Under the pieces are notes generated by a model. The model was not told the origin of the DNA. It saw only the letters and a program-made list of their open reading frames with translations, and searched no databases. The translations under genes and the position numbers were made by a program. Below are positions 36,101 to 47,085 of a stretch of DNA of 64,000 nucleotides, piece by piece; positions within the stretch are counted from its first letter, which is position 1, and each line of letters begins with the position of its first letter. Source of the DNA: Eledone cirrhosa (Eukaryota); NCBI GenBank assembly GCA_964016885.1, contig OZ024745.1, positions 103,726,001 through 103,790,000 of the forward strand, written 5' to 3'.

Positions 36101-37765
36101 TATTGTTGTAGTTGTTATTGGTGGTGGGGGTGTGGTGGTCTTGGTGCTAGTGTTGTTGTTGTTGTTATTGGTGGTGGGGGTGTGGTGGTCTTGGTGCTAG
36201 TGTTGTTGTTGTTGTTATTGGTGGTGGGGGTGTGGTGGTCTTGGTGCTAGTGTTGTTGTAGTTGTTATTGGTGGTGGGGGTGTGGGGGTCTTGGTGCTAG
36301 TATTGTTGTAGTTGTTATTGGTGGTGGGGGTGTGGTGGTCTTGGTGCTAGTGTTGTTGTTGTTGTTATTGGTTGTGGGGGTGTGGGGGTCTTGGTGTTAG
36401 TGTTGTTGTTGTTATTGGTGGTGGGGGTGTGGTGGTCTTGGTGCTAGTGTTGTTGTTGTTGTTATTGGTTGTGGGGGTGTGGTGGTCTTGGTGCTAGTGT
36501 TGTTGTTGTTATTGGTGGTGGGGGTGTGGTGGTCTTGGTGCTAGTGTTGTTGTTGTTGTTGTTGGTGGTGGGTGTGTGGTGGTCTTGGTGCTAGTATTGT
36601 TGTTGTTGTTATTGGTGGTGGGGGTGTGGTGGTCTTGGTGCTAGTGTTGTTGTTGTTGTTGTTATTGGTGGTGGGGGTGTGGTGGTCTTGGTGCTAGTGT
36701 TGTTGTTGTTGTTATTGGTGGTGGGGTGTGGTGGTCTTGGTGCTAGTGTTTTTGTTGTTGTTGTTGTTATTGGTGGTGGGGGTGTGGAGGTCTTGGTGCT
36801 AGTGTTGTTGTTGTTGTTATTGTTGGTGGGGGTGTGGTGGTCTTGGTGCTAGTGTTGTTGTTGTTGTTATTGTTGGTGGGGGTGTGGTGGTCTTGGTGCT
36901 AGTGTTGTTGTTGTTGTTATTGGTGGTGGGGGTGTGGTGGTCTTGGTGCTAGTGTTGTTGTTGTTGTTGTTATTGGTGGTGGGGGTGTGGTGGTCTTGGT
37001 GCTAGTGTTGTTGTTGTTGTTATTGGTTGTGGGGGTGTGGTGGTCTTGGTGCTAGTGTTGTTGTTGTTGTTATTGGTTGTGGGGGTGTGGTGGTCTTGGT
37101 GCTAGTGTTGTTGTTGTTGTTGTTATTGGTGGTGGGGGTGTGGTGGTCTTGGTGCTAGTGTTGTTGTTGTTGTTATTGGTTGTGGGGGTGTGGTGGTCTT
37201 GGTGCTAGTGTTGTTGTTGTTGTTGTTATTGGTGGTGGGGGCGTGGGGGTCTTGGTGCTAGTGTTGTTGTTGTTTTTGTTGTTATTGTTGGTGGGGGTGT
37301 GGTGGTCTCGGTGCTAATGTTGTTGTTGTTGTTATTGGTGGTGGGGGTGTGGGTGTCTTGGTGCTAGTGTTGTTGTTGTTGTTGTTATTGGTGGTGGGGG
37401 TGTGGTTGTCTTGGTGCTAGTGTTGTTGTTGTTGTTATTGGTGGTGGGGGTGTGGTGGTCTTGGTGCTAGTGTTGTTTTTGTTGTTATTGGTGGTGGGGG
37501 TGTGGGGGTCTTGGTGCTAGTGTTGTTGTTGTTGTTATTGGTGGTGGGGTGGGGTGGTCTTGGTGCTAGTGTTGTTGTTGTTGTTATTGGTGGTGGGGGT
37601 GTGGGGGTATTAGTGCTAGTGTTGTTGTTGTTGTTATTGGTGGTGGGGGTGTGGTGGTCTTGCTGCTAGTGTTGTTGTTGTTGGTGGTCGTCGTCGTCAT
37701 GGGGGTGCAGTGGTGTTGGTGCTAGTGTTGTTGTTGTTGTTGGTGATGGTGATGATGGTGGTTGT
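18142..37765. repeat. 50-bp GT-rich minisatellite/satellite array, right part, with degenerate edge
   Basis: Same unit and orientation as the left part. The last units (37,680-37,765) decay into (GTC)n and (GAT/GGT)n before unique AT-rich sequence. Confidence 0.99.
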
Positions 37766-38954
37766 GTATTGATAGTGATTTTTATTTCCTAGAGGTATTT
37801 GTTTTTATTTTATTTTTTACCTTTAATTGTTGGTTGAGGTGGTCTTTGCAATGTCAGAAGGTGATTGAGGTCATCCTGTTGATATGAATGAAGCATGCAG
37901 AATTAAAGGTTCAAGGTGTTAAGAGCAGACACCTTTAACACATGTTTAGCATACTTTCCCTCCATAAAGCTCCATATTGTCCTGCTGTCTACACTAACGA
38001 ATTTGCATGACATGTTAAAAGGTTGTAGAAGGTAAGTTAAGGTAAATAACTCAAGTAGGCCATTGGCATGAATTTAGATAATTCAGGTAGGTTGTGAAAT
38101 ACAGATCACAACACCATCGTGTGTTTTAAGGTCATTTTCCCTGTTAATGCAGGGCTGAGCCTTGTGAGCTCCATTATAGGCTTCATACTCATCAGGGTGT
38201 CCTTTTTTTTTTTAGGTAATGTTTTACAACTGGATGCCCTTCCAAAAGCTAACCATTGTAATTGCTTCTGATGACATGCAGAGAAATAGTGTACCAACTC
38301 CAAAATGTGGTAGCGATATTTGAAAAAAAAAAAAATGCAAAAATACACACAGATGAATTGAAATTTTTCACTTAGTTGAAGAAAAAATTAAAAGGCTAGC
38401 AGCATTTGTGAGTGACCTTCAAAGTAATGGAGAAATAATTTCAGAAAAATAAGAAATAATTTCACAGAAAAATGAATTTTCAAGCTTGGGATGAAAATCT
38501 GATCTTTATAAGGAGGTAAAGTATGTATCAGTCTTATTAGGGTCTCATTAGTAAAGCAAAGTATTCTGAAACATGCTTTGATCAATTGACAGAATTTTCT
38601 TTTTATGAGTAAAGAAAGAGTTATGAAGAGTAATAGATTCTATGAAATAACATAATATTATGAGTAGACATTTAAAATAAGGAATACTAGATTAATAGTA
38701 GCCTAACATCTTAACTCAATGGTCCCCCAATTTATGTTACTTACAGCATTCGTTTTTATTTTTTAATAAAGAGAAAGAGCAGTGGTTATGAACTTTTTTT
38801 TAGCAGAAGGGGGAGAGGGAGATATACTGGAAACCTGACCTGACTGCTTGTTACAGAGTAGACCCTGTTAAAACACTGAAAGAGTAGGTGGAGGTGATGG
38901 TAGGGGTGTTAAACCAAGCAACCAATTAAGTCTAGCACCCATCTAGGACCTAGT

Positions 38955-39165
38955 AGGATTTGAACTTAGAATGCAAAGAGTTGGATCCAATATGCCTCAA
39001 AGCATCCTATCTGACACTAATGAACCTAATCCTCCACACTAAAATTGGTACTTAATTCATTGACCTTGGAAAGATGAAAGACACAGCATGATTTGAATTC
39101 AGAACACAAAGAGCTGAAATAAATACCACAAGGCATTACATTTCATGCTCTAATGCTTCTAACAA
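38955..39165 (-). mobile_element. Two degenerate family-B SINE heads in tandem
   Basis: GGATTTGAACTTAGAATGCAAAGAG and GATGAAAGAC...GATTTGAATTCAGAACACAAAGAG resemble the reverse complement of the family-B head at 52,797. Confidence 0.5.
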
Positions 39166-39500
39166 TTAGAGCAAATAAAAATATTTTGTCTCACTTTATG
39201 TAAAAATATTTTTCTCAAAGGTTTTTATAAAAGCCTTTAAAAGAATAGATAAATAAATGATTGATTATTTTTTAAGATATTTGAAAAATTATGTACAGTA
39301 TCTTTCTTTAGAAATATAGTAAAAAAAAAAAGGATTAAATTACAGAAAAACTATTAGATTCTTACATCTCTTTTCAATAAATGAAGAAAAGTTATGAACA
39401 TTATTTATAATATCAGTTTGTATTTTTCACATTTTTTAAACATAATTTTATTATTTTCACTGAGCACCTAATTATGATACACAAGTGTGTTGCAATAAAC

Positions 39501-39823
39501 CAGTGGGCTCTACTGCCTGCCACACCACCCCCAGGGGACGGTGGGGGTCTATGGGGACGGTGGTGGGTGGCAGTAGAGATGATATAATAGTACATTAAAT
39601 ATCAAATGATACATATTATATATAATAAAATAAAAAAGATATAATATTTATTTATACATAATTTATATATAATAAATAATATAATATATACTAACGATTT
39701 TATTTATTATATATCATTTACAATTTGTGTGTAAGCAGGTCTCTATGAAAATAGGGTTAGGGGTGCTGAGGGTATTATGTGGCCTTGAGCGGGGCAGTGG
39801 CCCAAAACGTTTGAGTACCTCTG
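39501..39823. mobile_element. hAT (Charlie-type) non-autonomous element / MITE
   Basis: Ends are CAGTGG... and ...TTTGAGTACCTCTG. Flanked by a near-perfect 8-bp TSD, CAATAAAC/CAGTAAAC. GC-rich subterminal regions with an AT-rich core. Confidence 0.75.
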
Positions 39824-39833
39824 CAGTAAACCA

Positions 39834-40062
39834 TTAACCCTTTAGCATTTACATTACTCTATATTTACTATTATATGTTCATGGTAAAGGCTTTACCTCA
39901 CATAGTTATCTCACATAACATCGAATCTATGGGATTTTGATATTATTTATTTTGAGAACAATACCTTAACATCAGTATGAGCAGCTGGTTATTGCCTGTT
40001 TGAACAGAGAGATGTGAAAGAATTCTGGCCAGATATAGCCTGTTTAAATGCTAAAGAGTTAA
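39834..40062 (+). mobile_element. TTAA-specific piggyBac-like MITE, family P1
   Basis: TTAA-CCCTTTAGCATTTA...TAAATGCTAAAGAG-TTAA terminal inverted repeats with TTAA TSD. Three more copies occur in the window. Confidence 0.85.
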
Positions 40063-40994
40063 GGAATACTCCTTTTCACTTTTCAGTCACATTAACATCT
40101 ACAATTACCAAATCATGGAACTACTTCAAACTGCCAACCACAAGCCTGGATTGAACCTACTCCTTATTATTCCAGTATTTGACACTATGTCATGTTAAAC
40201 TGACATTACTGATATTTTATGATTTTTACATGCCAAAACAAGCAAAGCCAATGACCCTATGAACTTAATATACTTGCCAAGTAGTCAGCTAAGTTAGTGA
40301 CAATTACAACAATTTTTTTAAACATTTATTTATCTTTTCATTTATCATTGAATGTTAATTTATAACTATAAGTGTGTCTATGAAAAATATACCCAGGGAT
40401 GTCTGCTGTATGAAAACTTAATAGTGAAGGGGGACACTAGTATATTTGATGTAATAAGCCCCAATAATTTAATTAAGTGAAATTACAGCCTTAGTGATTG
40501 ATGAGATCAATAATTATCTAAATGATTAATTCTGGACCCCACAAAAGTAGTGGGGATTCACCCTGAAGTTTTAATTAATTAAAATTATATTAAATATGAA
40601 ATGCAATGTGGAATGAATTTAATCTTTAGCAGTTTACTGACAACTCCAATAATTCTTTAGTTATTTTAAGAACTAGAATGCTTTAAAAAGAGGTCCAATA
40701 AGATTGAAACATGTCTGGAGTTGTCAGAGTACTGATAAAGATCAGCCCCACTCCCTCTTGCATTCCATATTTAATTAATTTTGATTAAAGTTTCAGAGTT
40801 GTCTCCTCACATTGACTTTTTTTTAATACATGAATTAATCATTTGGAAAAGGTTTATTCTTATCATTAATGGTGTAATGTAATTAACTAAAATTTCTGGG
40901 CTTACTTCATGAAATATACTATCACTATGAGGTTCCTTACATACTTCATTAAAAGTCATACATTTTTAATAATGTTATTGTTATTTGGGGATAT

Positions 40995-41320
40995 TTCTTT
41001 TACTGATTTCAGTCATTAAACTTTGATCATGTTGTTGCATCATCTTGGAGGGATTGTACGTTTTTCTTTCAAGTTTGGTGCTATTTGTCTATCTGCTAAG
41101 TTATGGGACATAAACAAACAGTAAATGCAAATGCAGACGACATCGACACACATGCACAAACATATATATGATGGGACTTCCACACAGTTTCCATCTACAA
41201 AATTTCACTCACAAGGCATTTATCAACCCAAGGCTGTAGTAAAAGACACTAACTCAAAATGGGCCTGAACCTGAACCATGTGGTTGCAAAGTGAACTCCT
41301 TAATCACACAGTCATTGCAA
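40995..41320 (-). mobile_element. Degenerate tRNA-derived SINE(s), family E
   Basis: TTTCAGTCATT...CATG...GCA motif recurs near 43,700 and 59,085. A CCATGTGGTTGCAAAGTGAACTCCTTAATCACACAG head recurs near 44,010 and 61,690. Confidence 0.6.
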
Positions 41321-41543
41321 ACTTGAAAAATTCTGATGCTATTAAATCTTTGTTGAACATAGTTATAACATAATACTCTGCCTACATGTTTGTATTTATT
41401 TTCAAAATAATTAAGAATTTCAAGAGATTTTTTTAAATAGCTAATTTTGTCATTATTGGCAATTGTTTGATTAGAACATAATTTTACCAAAGGGAGATTT
41501 TAATTTAAGATTTTAATTTAAATGCAAAAGATTTTAAAATGAG

Positions 41544-41723
41544 ATGATTCATGTGTGTTGGTATCAAATACTCCATCAATTTGATTTCCCAACTCTAAAG
41601 CTCTTATCTAATCTAGACCTTAAATTGGGAAAACCTAAGATACCATAAAAAAGTTGACCTTGAACATATCTATAAACAAAACATGATCTTAGATTTATGA
41701 ATGCCTCAAGAGACTTTCAAAAT
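41544..41723 (+). pseudogene. Decayed exon-like segment, copy 1 (…YQILHQFDFPTLKLLSNLDLKL…VDLEHIYKQ…PQETFK)
   Basis: Aligns with 42,862-43,090 with several synonymous and conservative changes. It carries a frameshift and stops, and is followed by GTAAAT. Confidence 0.4.
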
Positions 41724-42210
41724 GTAAATTCACTTTATTAGTTATATATTTCTCGTTTTCAACCTGTAACTCATGGTGGAGCTGCAGGGGTACTGTTGTA
41801 ACAAAAGGCATTTCTTGGGCATTTAAAACATGACGGAGCCCATCTCCTCTCCAAGTCTGAATGCACCCAATTTCTTCCAGGAGAGAGAGAGGGGGGGGGG
41901 AGAAATATAAAGGAAGAATCAAACATAGTATTGGATGAAAGGCAAAGTTGACCGTGGCAGGATTTGAACAAATATAGCAAAGCATTCTATCTGACATTCT
42001 AAAACTTTTGCTAATTTACTGCATCTACTTCTGTATAAGATCTGTAAATATTATTCTTGGTAACTTACTAATTAAAACATAAAACTCAACCTGGGACTGT
42101 TAGATACAAATAAAATCCAGGGAAAAATAACAAATGACCATATCTGGTGTCATATAAGACCCACTCCACCCATTCTTGTGTAATTAGGGGTAAGCAGCAC
42201 TCAAATTCAT

Positions 42211-42352
42211 TTAACCCTTTAGTATCTACATTACTCTATATATACTATTGTATTTCCATGGTAAACACTTTATCTCACATAATATCGAATCTATGAGATT
42301 TTGATATTATTTATTTTGAGAACAATACTTAACATCAGTATGAGCAGCCGGT
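42211..42352 (+). mobile_element. piggyBac-like MITE P1, truncated
   Basis: TTAACCCTTTAGTATCTACATTACTC and internal sequence match the 39,834 copy; the right TIR is missing. Confidence 0.75.
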
Positions 42353-42861
42353 GACAGTCTGAGGACATGTAGATTTTATTTTTAACAGGGTTTCTACAGT
42401 ATGAGACTGGATGAATAGAAAACAGCATGAGCAGCATAACAAGATAGCAATAAAGTTATGTTATAGTAAAAGATATGGAGTGATGGATAACCACAGAGAT
42501 TTGTCATAGTAAGTAAGAGTGATAGTTATAAACTAACAGTCATATGGGTGAGAGAGAATATATGATGGTTAGATCAAGTATCTAATAAATTATTTTCAAC
42601 ACTGGTTAAAGTTCTCCTCTACTACAGCTGTGTACAAGCAATCTCTATTTCATTTGTGTGTTGAGAACATATTAGTTCTTTAATTATTTATTGCATCAAA
42701 ATATATCTTTACAGTTGTCCATTTATAGTGATACATTAAAATTATTTTTATTTATGGAATCTTGTGAATACTATACAGTAATCTAAAGTAACAAAATAGT
42801 TTATTGCAAAAGAAACCTACTATAAGTGGTTATTTCCTTCTGCATCTTAATATTGCTATAG

Positions 42862-43090
42862 TTTTATTTTAAAACCCTCACCAACAACAAACAAATTGTC
42901 TACAATGATAAAAAAAGTTATAAATTTCAAATTCTCCACCAATTTCCATTCCCAAATATTAAGCTATTATTTCATTTAAAATCAAATTTAAACCAGAGAC
43001 TTAAGATAACATTAAAAAAAATTGACCTTGACCAGATCTATAAAGAAAAACCACTCTTAAACTGAGAACTGTCTCAAGAGACTTTCAGAA
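42862..43090 (+). pseudogene. Exon-like segment, copy 2 (FYFKTLTNNKQIVYNDKKSYKFQILHQFPFPNIKLLFHLKSNLNQRLKITLKKIDLDQIYKEKPLLN*ELSQETFR)
   Basis: Acceptor TTGCTATAG ends at 42,861 and donor GTAAGT starts at 43,091. One frame is open apart from TGA at 43,063-43,065. Product not recognised. Confidence 0.4.
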
Positions 43091-43324
43091 GTAAGTCAAC
43101 TTTATCAATTCTACATAAGAATATATAATTAGCCTTGCTCTAAAATGATTTGGAGATTATATTCTGCAAAAGGGATAATTCAGCTGAAGGATAATGATTT
43201 TAAATTGGTTTTTATTCAGATTCAATAAAACTATACTACATATTCTAGTCAGATCATTAATATCAATAGTGTACCAGATTCTTAATATCAGTAGAAATCT
43301 ATAACTAATCATCTGGCAGCAAGT

Positions 43325-43540
43325 TTGATTTCTGGATTGGGTTGGGTGTTGTGTCTTGAGAAAAACACTCCATTTCATGTTGCTCCAGTATACTCAGCTG
43401 AAAATGAGTACCAGCAATAGCTGGAGATTTAATCCTACAATAGACTAGCATTCTCTCCATGGTGAGCCTTGTACTCTCAGTTGCTTCACACCATGGAAAC
43501 TGGGACAAGCACCAGCCTGAGGAGCTTCTGGGCTCATGGC
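43325..43540 (+). mobile_element. Degenerate CORE-like SINE
   Basis: GTCTTGAGAAAAACACT...TTGCTCCAGTATACTCAGCTGAAAATGAGTACC resembles the central domain of family A. Confidence 0.6.
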
Positions 43541-44149
43541 AGATTTTAGACTTTTAGATTAGGCAGCATAAATTTAGCAATAATAAGTGAGCAGTGTCCT
43601 TAACACACAATGGAGAATTCCAAGTAATGTATTCTCTATATGCATATATTTGTATGCTGTTATATGTGATATTCTTTTATTCCTTTTTTTTATTTTATTT
43701 CAGTCAGTTAATTCTGATCATGCTAAAGCACCGCCTTAAAAGGTTTTAGGAGATCATATTATTTCTCAGTATTTGCTACAGTCTGGTATATATTTTATCA
43801 AATCAGTGGTGCTTTCATTATTTCTGTGGTAATTGCTGGCCTTGTGCCTAAAGTAGAAACAATTATTTCTGTGGTTTTGTCACAAGTACAATCATAATGC
43901 AAAACTACATCTGTATAGGAATTTACAATAATATCGGGCTATGTGTATCAAATAGAAAAGGTGCCCAACTTACCCAAGATGTCACACAGTCAGTGGCACA
44001 AATTCAGAACTACATGGTTGCAAAGAGTACTTTTTAACTACACAGCTAGGCCTGCACCTAAATCATTAAGACAATTTTTTTTTTCCTTTTAGCTCAAAAT
44101 TCTTTAATGAATGCTGATTATGAAAATCCCAACCATTTTAAAACAAAAT

Positions 44150-44368
44150 AATGATTTCTAGTATAGGCACAAGGCCAGTAATTTGGGGAGAGGGGAAAAT
44201 CGATTAAATCGACCCCAGTACGTTACTGGTGCTTTATTTTATCGACTCTGTAAAGATGAAAGGCAAAGTTAACCTCAGCGGGATTTGAACTCAGACCGTA
44301 AAGGACCATAACTCTATGCTGCAAAGCATGGTGTCCGACTCACTACCGATACTGCCAATCCACTGCCC
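44150..44368 (-). mobile_element. tRNA-derived SINE family B
   Basis: Reverse-complement match to 52,797-53,002, including the GGATTTGAACTC B-box and GATGAAAGGCAAAG domain. Confidence 0.85.
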
Positions 44369-44844
44369 TATTTTTAAAACAAAATAATAAAATACAAAAA
44401 AAGACAGTTACAATCCTTTAAAGATTGAATGTTTAGATGATTTTAGACAATCAGATTCATCCATCTTCTTCACCTCATGTCACTTAGTAACACTAACAAC
44501 AAGAAGTCTATAATAACAAATGGAAAAAGAAGTCGATCAACAAGATCCCAGGCCTCATCTGCTTACCGAGAGGGGTGGACCTCATCAGAACGGACCAAAG
44601 AAACAATGTTTCCATCGGTCTTTCCATTGCTGATACTACCTACTGGTCATAACTCCTGGCAGAAAGAGCAACATAAAATAGAATGTTTTGCTCAACATAA
44701 CACATCACCTGGTCCAGGAATCGAACTCGCAACCTCATGATTTTTAATCCAATTCTATGATCACTAAGCCACCAGGATAACAATAACAACAACAAAAAAA
44801 TAACAACTACAATAAAAGATTAAAAAAACCATCTAGATACTGTG

Positions 44845-45090
44845 GTTGTTGATTTTTATTGTTTGGCTTAGGTCAGATCTGCTTAAGCAGATATGATCAA
44901 AACAAGCCAATAAAACCATTGTCAATTATAGTTCACTTTCTGTGAACTATAATACTTTATTATACAAAGCATGTATATAGGACTACATTGTCTAGTGTGC
45001 CCATTATTTTTTAAGATGTTAAATAAATGTATTATAGCTTGAAGGAAATTTTAGCAGTTTGAATGACCTTGTAGAGACTTTTTTGTTTGG
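44845..45090 (-). mobile_element. Degenerate repeat family D with (AAC)n tail
   Basis: GTTGTT…AGGTCAG…ATGATCAAA…GGACTACATT motifs are shared with 62,300-62,380, 63,040-63,260 and 63,745-63,930. Confidence 0.55.
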
Positions 45091-45322
45091 TGCATTTAGC
45101 TGATAATTTTATCACAATTATCTCTGGACTAACTGTAAAGAAACTAGATTATTTCTTTTGCCTCCGTCAAACTCTATTTTCGCCAAATATATAGTTAAAT
45201 ATCGACATATTGACAATCATTTCTATCACATATGATCTGTGTTCTCTTGTAGGTTTATTGTTGAAACTGTAACAGTAGAAACATCCTGTGTCCTGGACAA
45301 CTAAACCACCTCCCTTCACACT

Positions 45323-45467
45323 TCAAGTGAGATTGAATTGGTCAAACTCCACAAGGTGGACAGCCTCTTTCAGCACCTCTTTCACTATCCTTCGAGGTAA
45401 CACATTTTCCATTTTCCATTTTGTTTGAGTTGTCAACATACCTAAAATATCAATGAGGCTGCAAAAT
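45323..45467 (-). CDS. Candidate terminal coding exon (FCSLIDILGMLTTQTKWKMENVLPRRIVKEVLKEAVHLVEFDQFNLT*), unknown protein
   Basis: Minus-strand acceptor TCTCTATTTTTAG, then one nucleotide and 47 sense codons to TGA. AATAAA lies about 65 nt downstream (45,254-45,259). The sequence is non-repetitive with protein-like composition. Confidence 0.45.
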
Positions 45468-45695
45468 CTAAAAATAGAGAAAAGTAAGGCAAAATAAAAA
45501 TATATTTGGGGGAAAAATATTTTCTAATTAAAAGTTATCATTTTGAAAATTTGCTTTTCCAAAATCTTAAAATACATCAACATCATTATTGTATTTACAG
45601 CCAATTTTTCTATGCTTGCATGTGTTAGAACAAGACATTTTGAGGCAGCCTTTTGGTGACTATATGTCCTTCCTGCTAATATTTATAAAACCACA

Positions 45696-45912
45696 ACTTT
45701 AGCATTTAAACTGGCTATATCCAGCTAGAATTCTCTCACCTCTTTCTGTTCAAACTGTCTGTAACCAGCCACTCATACTGATGTTAAGGTATTGTTCTCA
45801 AAATAAATATCAAAATCTCATAGATTCGATATTATATGAGATATGTGAGATAAAGCTGTTACTGCGAAATTACTATAGTATATATAGAGTAATGTAAATG
45901 CTAAAGGGTTAA
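45696..45912 (-). mobile_element. piggyBac-like MITE P1
   Basis: CTTTAGCATTTAAA…TAAATGCTAAAGGG-TTAA; the interior is the reverse complement of the 39,834 copy. Confidence 0.85.
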
Positions 45913-46294
45913 AGGTGTATTGAGAAATATAGACAATGTCAACACTGAAGTTTTTTATATGTTGTTTTTATACATGTTGTTTTGCAGTAACACTAACATA
46001 CAACTAATTAATCCCAGCCAAGTCAAACATATTCTATATGCAAATGAACTTCTGCAGCATTTTTTTTTTATATACAAAATGTACATAAGCTCTTGCTTAT
46101 TCTTGTCTCATTAGTGAGTCTGTAAATGTTAATGATGATAGATTAAAAAATCCTGAAACATCAGTGCCTGGTGTTCTCACTTAGATAGCTCTGACATGAT
46201 CACTGCTTAAAGCAGTCTGAGTGTTGTACATAAAGATATCATATATTCCTTCATATACACCTCTATTATGAATCACTCTATGATAGTACTACTG

Positions 46295-46296
<2 letters not shown>

Positions 46297-46332
<36 letters not shown>
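46297..46332. repeat. (TA)n microsatellite
   Basis: Pure TA run. Similar runs occur at about 46,624-46,684, 47,240-47,286, 49,962-49,983, 50,528-50,589 and 58,290-58,317. Confidence 0.95.
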
Positions 46333-46333
<1 letters not shown>

Positions 46334-46627
46334 GATATTAATAAATGGAAACTATATTTATAAAACCATATTTATTTCATTATACATATTTCAAGGATAC
46401 CATGTTAAATTATGCAGACAAAATACAATATATACCAGTTTTATAAATAAACATTGACGTACCCTTTCAAAATGCAACCGTTAAGGGTGAAAGCAGCGAT
46501 TCTTTGCTTAAACTTTAATCTGTTATTTTAATAAATATTTGCTCTATGGTTCTTATATATTTGATATATATTTTCCTTATCGAGCCCTCTTTGGATTTTA
46601 GTCTTCAATTTTATTATTATTACTATA

Positions 46628-46686
<59 letters not shown>

Positions 46687-46751
46687 AGATATTTGTAATT
46701 TACTTGTATATAATTTACTTGTATTTGTAATTTACTTGCATTGTATATGGC

Positions 46752-47084
46752 ATAAAGAATTTGAAGTTTGAAAGCCATGACAATGTGAAATGGACAAATA
46801 AACAAATAATTAAGTTGTAAGAAACAAGGAGTGTTTTTTACTTTAATTTATTTATATGTCCTGATATTTCGAGATAAACATCTCTTCTTCCGACGAAAAT
46901 AAAGGAACTACATCGGACATTGAAATAGTTCCTTTATTTTCTTCGGAAGAAGAGATGTTAATCTGGAAATATCTGGACATATGAATAAATTGAGATAATA
47001 AACACTCCTCCTTTTTTACATCTTAATTATGTGTTTATTCGTCCATTTCGCATTGTCATGGCTTTCAAACTTCAAATTCTTTAT
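46752..47084. repeat. Long inverted repeat: 159-bp arms, 15-bp loop
   Basis: 46,752-46,910 is the ungapped reverse complement of 46,926-47,084, about 90% identical by eye. Confidence 0.95.
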
Positions 47085-47085
47085 A

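Noticed and set aside
1-37765. Array as a giant mucin-like (Thr/Pro-rich) or Val/Gly-rich coding exon
   Set aside because: The common unit lengths (44-56 bp) all equal 2 mod 3, so frames rotate into TAG/TAA within a few units on both strands. The listed ORFs arise from indels, the gap, or loss of one TAG.
1-37765. Telomeric repeat
   Set aside because: There is no TTAGGG-type short unit, and the G-rich strand points toward the unique sequence, the wrong polarity for a left chromosome end.
1-37765. CRISPR-like array
   Set aside because: There are no unique spacers; variation is limited to point changes and GTT slippage, and the context is eukaryotic.
38370-38640. Purine-rich, protein-looking stretch (VEEKIKRLAAFVSDLQ…)
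   Set aside because: It has multiple stops and no recognisable motif or supporting splice structure.
44575-44630. Possible hammerhead on the minus strand (GAAAC…CTGATGAGGTC)
   Set aside because: Stem I cannot form and the stem II partner is not adjacent to GAAA.
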